From NCBI GenBank assembly GCA_964636385.1, contig CAZWSC010000047.1, positions 33,576 through 97,575 on the forward strand: 64,000 bases of DNA, in the 5' to 3' direction. Below, one piece after another: positions 27,060 to 34,079 of the stretch. Source of the stretch: an uncultured bacterium (GTDB lineage: Bacteria > Eisenbacteria > RBG-16-71-46 > CAIMUX01). The notes under the pieces were generated by a model. It saw only the letters and a list, made by a program, of their open reading frames with translations, searched no databases and was not told where the DNA came from. Numbering within the stretch: the stretch's first letter is position 1; each line of letters starts with the position of its first letter. A program made the translations under genes and the position numbers.

Positions 27060-27141
27060 CCGCGTGGATGAGTGCCCGCAAAGGGGGCATGGATCATGCG
27101 TGCTCAGACAGCGCCCCTTCAGCCGGTTCCTCCCTCCCTGA

Positions 27142-27624
27142 TCAGATCCTGGCGCCCTCCGCCATCTCCTTCTTCAGCTCGTCCAGCTTCGCGGCTGTGC
27201 CGGGATCGGAGAGAGCCACGATCTGCGCCGCCAGTACAGCGGCATTCCGCGCCCCGTGCTTGTCCGAGGACAGGCAGCCGACGGGAACCCCGGCGGGCAT
27301 CATCACGATCGAGAGGAGGGCATCCATACCGCCCATGACCCCTCCGGAGAGGGGAACCCCCAGCACCGGCAGCGTCGTGTGCGAAGCGACGACTCCGGGG
27401 AGATGCGCGGCCAGGCCGGCCAGCGCGATCATGACCTTGAGCCCCCTGCCGCGCGCCTCCCGCGCGTACGCCGCCGTGGCATCCGGCATCCGGTGCGCGG
27501 AGAGAACCTGGCTTTCGTACGGGACCCCGAGCTTCTCCAGGATCCTCTCCGTTTCCTGTACAACCGGCAGATCCGACTTGCTGCCGCATATGATCCCCAC
27601 CAGTGGCTTCGCCTGACTGCTCAT
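27142..27624 (-). CDS. purE: N5-carboxyaminoimidazole ribonucleotide mutase
   Basis: VGIICGSKSDLPV, VLSAHRMPD and AGLAAHLPGVVAS. Confidence 0.93.
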   Translation of the reverse strand: MSSQAKPLVGIICGSKSDLPVVQETERILEKLGVPYESQVLSAHRMPDATAAYAREARGRGLKVMIALAGLAAHLPGVVASHTTLPVLGVPLSGGVMGGMDALLSIVMMPAGVPVGCLSSDKHGARNAAVLAAQIVALSDPGTAAKLDELKKEMAEGARI

Positions 27625-27625
27625 G

Positions 27626-28969
27626 TCATGCCCTCCATCCTATGTCCCTGCGTAGCGTCTTGCCTTCGAACTCCACCCTGTCACACGCCTCGTAGGCCGC
27701 GCTCAGCGCGCCCCTGAGTGTGTCTCCAACACCCGTCACGCCCAGCACGCGCCCGCCGCTTGTGAGCAGGCGATCCCCCTCGCGCTTCGTCCCGGCGTGG
27801 AAGACCAGGGCGCCCGGAACAGCCTCCGCCTCCTCCAGTCCCCGTATCTCCTTCCCGGTCTCGTATGCGCCCGGGTAACCGGCCGAGGCCAGCACCACGA
27901 CCGCAGAAGAGGCAGAGGACCTGCCGCCCGACTCACCTGCCGGCGCGGCAGCCGGGGCAGAGGCCGAATCCACCGCCGCAGGCAGGGCAGCAAGCCTCGG
28001 AAGCGCACCCTTTCCGCCGGCCACCGCCGTGACGGCCTCCAGGAGTCCGCCGCCCGGCAGGCCCGCGGCCACGAGCGGGAGGACTGCCTGCGTCTCGGGG
28101 TCGCCGAAGCGACAGTTGAACTCGAGCACCTGGGGTGAGCCGTCAACCATGATGATCCCGGCGTACAGCAAACCCTCGAAAGGTGTGCCCCCGGAAGCCA
28201 TCGCACGCAGCACTGGTGCGATGATCGTCCGCTCGATCTCCGACACCAGCCTGGGGGTGCCTCGCGAGTATGGGGCATAGGCACCCATGCCGCCTGTGTT
28301 CGGGCCTGTGTCACCTTCGCCGATCCGCTTGTGATCCTGCGACAGTGGAAGGAGCGTGTACTCCTCGCCCCGGGCGATGGCGAAACAGGAGACCTCCTCG
28401 CCTGAGGCGAACTCCTCGATCAGAACCGTCTCGCCCGCCGCTCCGAACTCCCGCGCCTCCATGAGCGTCCGGATCCCGGCCTCGGATTCACCCGGATCGT
28501 TGACGATGAGCACGCCCTTTCCCGCAGCCAGCCCGTCTGCCTTGAGGACCTTGGGAAATGCCCCGGTCACAGCCTTCCGCAGGGCAGTTGCGGGATCGGT
28601 GCAGGCATCGAACCCGGGGGTCGGGATGCCGTGGTCGCGCAGCAGTGTCTTGGCGAAGAGCTTGCTCCCCTCCAGGCGGGCCGCGGAAGCCGTGGGCCCG
28701 AAGACCGGCAGGCCGTCAGCCCGGAACCGGTCGACGATCCCTGCCACGAGCGGCGCCTCGGGACCCACGACCGTGAGGTCCGCCTTCACCTCCCGGGCCG
28801 CTGCCGCAAGCGCATCGAGGTCGGCCAGGTTGCCCGGAAGATTCCGGCCTGTCGCCCCGGTGCCGCCGTTGCCGGGCAGGAAAAAGAGCTCCACCGAAGG
28901 GTTGTCCCGCCGGAGTGCCCAGCCGAGTGCGTGTTCCCTCCCACCCGAACCCAGAATCAGAACCCTCAT
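27626..28969 (-). CDS. purD: Phosphoribosylamine-glycine ligase
   Basis: MRVLILGSGGREHALGWAL, an ATP-grasp core, and a GGRVLGV C-terminal domain. It contains an Ala/Ser/Pro-rich insertion. Confidence 0.93.
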   Translation of the reverse strand: MRVLILGSGGREHALGWALRRDNPSVELFFLPGNGGTGATGRNLPGNLADLDALAAAAREVKADLTVVGPEAPLVAGIVDRFRADGLPVFGPTASAARLEGSKLFAKTLLRDHGIPTPGFDACTDPATALRKAVTGAFPKVLKADGLAAGKGVLIVNDPGESEAGIRTLMEAREFGAAGETVLIEEFASGEEVSCFAIARGEEYTLLPLSQDHKRIGEGDTGPNTGGMGAYAPYSRGTPRLVSEIERTIIAPVLRAMASGGTPFEGLLYAGIIMVDGSPQVLEFNCRFGDPETQAVLPLVAAGLPGGGLLEAVTAVAGGKGALPRLAALPAAVDSASAPAAAPAGESGGRSSASSAVVVLASAGYPGAYETGKEIRGLEEAEAVPGALVFHAGTKREGDRLLTSGGRVLGVTGVGDTLRGALSAAYEACDRVEFEGKTLRRDIGWRA

Positions 28970-29218
28970 CCAGTCTCCTTTCGGATGCCCGATCGTCTGA
29001 TGCGATCCCGGCCCGGTCCGCCCGGGAAACCGTGACGAGTGCAGCAGGGTCTCCGTGAACAGTCAGGGTCAGTGAGGGCAGATCCTAACCCGTCGCGTGC
29101 CGGGAGGAAACTGCATAACGGTCGGGGGTCATGAGGGGGGCGAGGAGGCATTTTCCGGCCTCCCCGCGGACTCGGCGCTGGCCCGAAGCCGGATCCATCC
29201 CTGAACCTGCAGTCTGGT

Positions 29219-29650
29219 TCAGGCGCCAATCCTGCGAGCCATCGAGTGGAATCTCTTCTCCCTGAGATGCTGCTCGCGGGCAATGCTCTGCTTCCCCGAG
29301 AGAATTGCGTTGGTGTGAACCCATGCGGCAACGTAGATGAAGGTGGGGATGAGCCTGGCGAAGTCGGACTCCGCCCTCCAGGCAATCGCAAGTGCAACAC
29401 CCATGGCGATCATGAAAAGCCAGCCGGTTCCCCGGTGCCCCAGGTCGTCGTAGTTCATCTTCATCAGCCAGCCGAAGATGACGATTCCGATGGCCGCGCG
29501 AATGTTCAGCTTCCGGCGGCTGATGCCGACCTCCCAGTTGACGTGATCCTCGATCTCCTTCGATTCGCGCGCCGATCCGCCTGTGTACCTGCCGTTATGT
29601 GACACTGTACTGTCTCCTCTCCGTAACCCTGCCATAGCTCCCGTTTGCAC
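29219..29650 (-). CDS. Hypothetical small membrane protein (about 3 TM helices)
   Basis: 143 aa with no recognisable motif. It has three hydrophobic segments and sensible amino-acid composition, in a patch that looks less GC-rich than its flanks. The start is ambiguous (GTG 29650 or ATG 29635). Confidence 0.45.
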   Translation of the reverse strand: MQTGAMAGLRRGDSTVSHNGRYTGGSARESKEIEDHVNWEVGISRRKLNIRAAIGIVIFGWLMKMNYDDLGHRGTGWLFMIAMGVALAIAWRAESDFARLIPTFIYVAAWVHTNAILSGKQSIAREQHLREKRFHSMARRIGA

Positions 29651-29784
29651 GATCCCAGGTGTCGTCCTTTATACAGGCGCATCAGTTATCGGTCGGACGA
29701 GCCTGCCGGATTACCTGAATCTCGCTCAACCCGCCCCCGGAAGAAGCCCCGCAGATCTGCTGTGGCCCGGGCGCTTCACCGATA

Positions 29785-31482
29785 ATGTCAGGAGGTATGG
29801 ACAGTTCCACGAACAAGAGGCTAATAGCCCTCGCGGAGAAAGGTCCGACGGAGAGATTCCGCACAGCTCTTGCCGCTCTTCCCCGTCCACCTGACAGCCG
29901 TCTCCTGTTCGCCGCCCTGCGTACTGCGCTCGTCTGGAATCAGCCGGAGAAGGTGCAGCTGCTTCTGGATGCCGGCGCCGATCCCCTGATGACAAATGGG
30001 GAAGGGGATCAGGTGCTGATGCATGCTGCAATCAGCGGCAGTGGCAGCCTCGTGGCATGGATGCTCTCGCTGGGTTGCGATGTGAACAGTCAGAGTGTCC
30101 ACAACCGGACCGCCCTCCACGCCGCGGCTGATGCCGGGAACATCGAAGGGGTTCGCGTCCTGCTCGATGCAGGCGCTGATCCGGACTCCCGTGATGCCCG
30201 GAACGTTTCCCCGCTGATGGCGGCGCTTGCGGCCGGACGAGAGGAGTGCGCGCTGGAACTGATCCATCGGGGAGCCGACGTACGCTCATCCCAGCCACCG
30301 CAACGCGAGACGCCCCTGATGGCAGCTGCCGGGAGCGGGGCGGCAGAGGCGGTGCGACTACTCCTGGAGATGGGCGCTGATCCGGACAGCCGGGACTTCC
30401 AGGGATGCACCGCCCTGATGTACGCAGCCCGTTCGGGCACCGCTGAGGCGGTACGGCTCCTTCTGGAGGCTGGAGCTGATCGGGATGCCTTGGACGACGT
30501 GGGGATGAGCGCGCTTCTTTGGGTGTCCTCCCTCCGTCCGGAGATCTCCGCCCTTCTCGATCACAGGGCCGGTCTCTCTCCGGATGCTGCGCGTGAAGTC
30601 CTGCTGAAGGCGTCCCTCGAGGGGAACATCCCCATGATGCGCTCCCTTCTCGATCAGGGGGTCGAGATCCAGCCGTCAAGGGAAGGCGGCGAGTCAGCCC
30701 TTGCACAGGCGGTGTTCAGCCCATCCCTTGATGCCCTCGCCCTCCTCCTCGATCACCCGGGGTGCATGATCGACTACCGGCATGGAAACATGCTGCAAAC
30801 ACCGCTGATCGTCGCGGCCCGCACAGGCGAGGCCTGCAAGGTACGCATGCTTTGCGAGCGCGGGGCCGACCTCACCATTACTGACGCCGGGGGCGGGAGC
30901 GCAGTGAATCACGCCGCCATCCGGGCCGACGTGGAGATCCTTGCCCTGCTTCGGCAATGCGGTGCGGCGGTAGACCATCGCGATACGATGGGCCGCACGC
31001 CCCTTCACAACGCCATCCACGCCACGAGTTCGAGTGCGCCCGTCAAGTCCCGGAGGGAAACGGTGCGGTGGCTCCTCCAGGCCGGACTGGATCCGGACAC
31101 TGCGGACAACGCCGGGATGACCCCCCTGATGTATGCCGCTGAGGAGGCGTCTGCCGACACAGTCTCGTTGTTGCTGGCTGCCGGTGCGCGCACCGATACC
31201 AGGGATGACCAGGGGCGTTCCGCGCTCATGCATGCCCTCTGGCACGGAACCGACTACGGCCTGAACGAACGGTACGTACGCCCCCGGACCGAGAATGAGG
31301 ACCCGGCCGTGCCGGTCATCCGGCTGCTTCTCGGGGCCGGAGTCGATCCTGAAGGCGGGGAGGCCCTGGCCTGTGCGCGTCACTGGCGGTGGTCCGGGAC
31401 TGTCGGGCTCCTCAGGGCTGCAGCCAGGCGACCGGGGTCGCCGCGGTCTGAGTCCGGGCGGCGCACGAAAGAGAATGCATGA
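29785..31482 (+). CDS. Ankyrin-repeat protein (at least 11 repeats), no signal peptide
   Basis: The xLLxAGADPxxxD / TPLMxAA periodicity recurs throughout (LLLDAGADPLM, VLLDAGADPDS, LLLEMGADPDS, LLLEAGADRDA, LLQAGLDPDT, LLLAAGARTDT and others). Confidence 0.85.
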   Translation: MSGGMDSSTNKRLIALAEKGPTERFRTALAALPRPPDSRLLFAALRTALVWNQPEKVQLLLDAGADPLMTNGEGDQVLMHAAISGSGSLVAWMLSLGCDVNSQSVHNRTALHAAADAGNIEGVRVLLDAGADPDSRDARNVSPLMAALAAGREECALELIHRGADVRSSQPPQRETPLMAAAGSGAAEAVRLLLEMGADPDSRDFQGCTALMYAARSGTAEAVRLLLEAGADRDALDDVGMSALLWVSSLRPEISALLDHRAGLSPDAAREVLLKASLEGNIPMMRSLLDQGVEIQPSREGGESALAQAVFSPSLDALALLLDHPGCMIDYRHGNMLQTPLIVAARTGEACKVRMLCERGADLTITDAGGGSAVNHAAIRADVEILALLRQCGAAVDHRDTMGRTPLHNAIHATSSSAPVKSRRETVRWLLQAGLDPDTADNAGMTPLMYAAEEASADTVSLLLAAGARTDTRDDQGRSALMHALWHGTDYGLNERYVRPRTENEDPAVPVIRLLLGAGVDPEGGEALACARHWRWSGTVGLLRAAARRPGSPRSESGRRTKENA

Positions 31483-32231
31483 TGGGGACCTTCACGGAGT
31501 ACTACCTTGATGGTCTTCTCCTGGGTATGGCAGTGACCACTGGTCTCGGGCTGGTGTTTCTCTTCCTCTGCCTCAAGGGAGGGAAGCGGAAGACCGGCGG
31601 AACCGACTCCAGCCCGAAGCGATCCGGATCTGCCCCTGTGCCCTCCCCACCGCCCACGATACGCAGGACTGCCATGGAAGTGCTTATCTACTGCCTTCTC
31701 GCCGGTCTGGTCTTCCTGGTTCTGTGGCTGTGGATCACCCCGACACTGCCATTCGACGGAACAGTCGTCAGGAAGGAGACTCGGACGAGTCATCGAACCT
31801 ACACCATAACAACCTATTACATCTCAGTCGTTGGAGACTCATGGAGTCCGCAGAACCGCCACACGGTGGACAGAAGCACATACGACGCCGTCAGGACGGG
31901 CGACAGGATCCGGCACACCACTCAGTCCCCCTGCTATACCATCAACGGAGTCACCCACAGGGCGGCGGAGCCGGCCGGCAACATTGCGTTCTGGGGCGGC
32001 TCACTGCTGGTGATCCTGCTCGCACTGATCACGGGAACGATTGTCTGCCACCTGCGGAGGAGAATCCGCGGATCCGGGTACGAAGGAGTTCGAACTCCTT
32101 ATCCTGATTGCCGCATCATCGGGAGATGGAACCCGGTTGGCAGAACCAGTGACGGCGGGATCAGAAAACGCTTGGGGTCGGCGCCGGCTTCGGGCACCAT
32201 GGGACACCGTGATGAAGACTCTGATTGTTGA
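31479..32231 (+). CDS. Hypothetical 3-TM membrane protein, translationally coupled to the ankyrin gene
   Basis: ATGA overlap at 31479-31482. It reads TM1, a Pro/Ser linker, TM2, a ~75-aa beta-rich segment (GTVVRKETRTSHRTYTITTYYISVVG), then TM3. The TM/beta-domain/TM layout resembles DUF3592, but that call is tentative. Confidence 0.5.
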   Translation: MMGTFTEYYLDGLLLGMAVTTGLGLVFLFLCLKGGKRKTGGTDSSPKRSGSAPVPSPPPTIRRTAMEVLIYCLLAGLVFLVLWLWITPTLPFDGTVVRKETRTSHRTYTITTYYISVVGDSWSPQNRHTVDRSTYDAVRTGDRIRHTTQSPCYTINGVTHRAAEPAGNIAFWGGSLLVILLALITGTIVCHLRRRIRGSGYEGVRTPYPDCRIIGRWNPVGRTSDGGIRKRLGSAPASGTMGHRDEDSDC

Positions 32232-32646
32232 AGACGACCGCGCCAGCCAGTTTCTGATGCGAAGGATCCTCGAGCCGTACGGCCCGGTGCATCTGGCCGA
32301 GGACGGCAGACAGGCCATCGAAGCCGTGCGTGTCGCCCTGAAGACCGGTCAGCCGTTCGACCTCATCTGTCTGGACATCATGATGCCGAAGATGGACGGC
32401 CACGCTGCGCTGACCGGGATCCGCACGGCGGAAGAGGCGATGGGGACAGCCCGTGGCGATGGGGTGAAGGTGATCATGACGACCGCCCTGTCCGATGCGG
32501 AAAACGTCATCAGGGCGGGACGGCAGCAGTGTTCCTCCTATCTCGTCAAGCCCGTCAGCAGGGAGAGACTCATCCAGGAGTTGCGCAAGCTGGGGCTGAT
32601 CCAGCCGGACGCCCAGCGGGACAAGGCCGGGGAAACAGGCGGCTAG
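32212..32646 (+). CDS. Stand-alone CheY-like receiver domain response regulator
   Basis: MKTLIVEDD, DLICLDIMMPKMDG (the phospho-acceptor Asp), TTALSD and YLVKP. 144 aa with no output domain. Overlaps the preceding ORF by 20 nt. Confidence 0.88.
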   Translation: MKTLIVEDDRASQFLMRRILEPYGPVHLAEDGRQAIEAVRVALKTGQPFDLICLDIMMPKMDGHAALTGIRTAEEAMGTARGDGVKVIMTTALSDAENVIRAGRQQCSSYLVKPVSRERLIQELRKLGLIQPDAQRDKAGETGG

Positions 32647-34028
32647 CCTGCCACATCCGCCGGCAGGAACCTCTCCGCCCGCGGAAGCCATCCCCATGAC
32701 TCCCCCACGCCGGACCGCAGCCAGGCCCGCGCGTCGCCTTCGGACATGACCGGATGCATACCCAGCGCCCGCACTACCACAGGGTCGAGCGACGACCATA
32801 GCGCCGTTTCGCTGCACTCCACCACCTTGCGGAGTGCCACCAGTGTCTGCAGGTGGAGGGCGGCGACCGGGTTCCCTGCAAGCCCCTCCAGCGGACGGAA
32901 GGATTCACCCTGTGCAACGTACCGCTCCAGCGTCGCGGATCCCATGCCCCCTGCGCACCCCGCAACCAGGAGGATGCGCGCCCGTCGCGACACGAAGCGG
33001 GCTGCGTGTTGCAGCGACTTGTGCGCCTGCAGGAAGGTGCGGTCCCTCGGGCTTCCGCCCGCGTCGACCAGCAGGCGCCACGGTCTTTTGGTGGGGTTCA
33101 GACGGTGCGATGATTCGTGCGCCTCGACAGCCTCATCCAGCGCGGCCGGATACGCCCCCTGCACAACCCGCACGGGGAAACGGCACGGCGAGGCGGGATC
33201 CGGATCTTCCGGAGGAGAGTCTACAGCCGTCAGAACCCAGTCGGGAGGTTCGAGCGCCGCAGCGTTCTCGAGATCCTCGTGAACCGGGTTCCCGTGCAGG
33301 CTCCCCGGCGCACAGGCGGGATTCCACTCGATCCCGTCCATCCCGGGCGCATCAGGGCGCTCCAGGCGCGAAGCCGAAATCCTGAGGGCACGTCTGTGGT
33401 TCATCGCCACCCCATCCGGTGTGGCAAGCCCGGGGAAGACCAGCTTTCGCCCGCCTCCGAATCCAGCGAAGTAGTGGTAGGAGATCTCCCCCAGCAGAAC
33501 CCTCCAGTCCGCCCTGAGATAGGCAGGATGGAGACGTACGGGAGTTCCCGCATCCGTAGCCCCGACTCCTTCGTGCGAGCGGTACCGGTCATCCCCGTTC
33601 TGCACGACTGTCCATGCGTCAAGGTCCCGCCCGGGATCCTCCGACCAGGGAAGAAGGTGCTTCAGGAGGTCCTCACGGCCGGCCACGGTGTGCAGTCCGG
33701 TCGCAACGAGAAGGGTCTTGTGCACACCTTCGAAGCCCTTCAACGCTGCAAGAAGCCCGGGCAGGAGATGCCGCCAGGCGCCCACCCTGGTCACATCCGG
33801 AACCACGAGGGCCATGCGGTTGCACGCGGGGGGGACAGCGCCTGCAGCCGTCTCGCTCCAGCCGGGCGGGTCGATCCGCGGCGGCCCGGGCGGAAACTGT
33901 GTTCCGATCGCCTCCCAGACTCTCTCGGCGAGAGCCCACGCAGGAGGGGCCACAACAGGAGGTGAGCCTGCAATGCGCATCGCATCGATGCGGAGGGCCC
34001 GCCTGTCATGGAGGATCAGGATGGACAT
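32643..34028 (-). CDS. LarA-like (nickel-pincer-dependent 2-hydroxyacid racemase family, DUF2088) protein
   Basis: SYHYFAGFGGGRKLVFPG matches the LarA family motif, including the Lys. ATG at 34028 (the track starts one codon earlier, at a GTG). Confidence 0.7.
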   Translation of the reverse strand: MSILILHDRRALRIDAMRIAGSPPVVAPPAWALAERVWEAIGTQFPPGPPRIDPPGWSETAAGAVPPACNRMALVVPDVTRVGAWRHLLPGLLAALKGFEGVHKTLLVATGLHTVAGREDLLKHLLPWSEDPGRDLDAWTVVQNGDDRYRSHEGVGATDAGTPVRLHPAYLRADWRVLLGEISYHYFAGFGGGRKLVFPGLATPDGVAMNHRRALRISASRLERPDAPGMDGIEWNPACAPGSLHGNPVHEDLENAAALEPPDWVLTAVDSPPEDPDPASPCRFPVRVVQGAYPAALDEAVEAHESSHRLNPTKRPWRLLVDAGGSPRDRTFLQAHKSLQHAARFVSRRARILLVAGCAGGMGSATLERYVAQGESFRPLEGLAGNPVAALHLQTLVALRKVVECSETALWSSLDPVVVRALGMHPVMSEGDARAWLRSGVGESWGWLPRAERFLPADVAG

Positions 34029-34079
34029 CACGACCCCACAAATGAATGCAATCGCCGCCGGGGCATGCGGGAACCCGGG

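Noticed and set aside
28020-28110. Ala/Ser/Pro-rich insertion in PurD (…AAVDSASAPAAAPAGESGGRSSASSA…) as a possible domain insertion or frameshift.
   Set aside because: The reading frame is continuous and the flanking PurD motifs are intact. It is most simply a low-complexity loop expansion, as is common in high-GC genomes.
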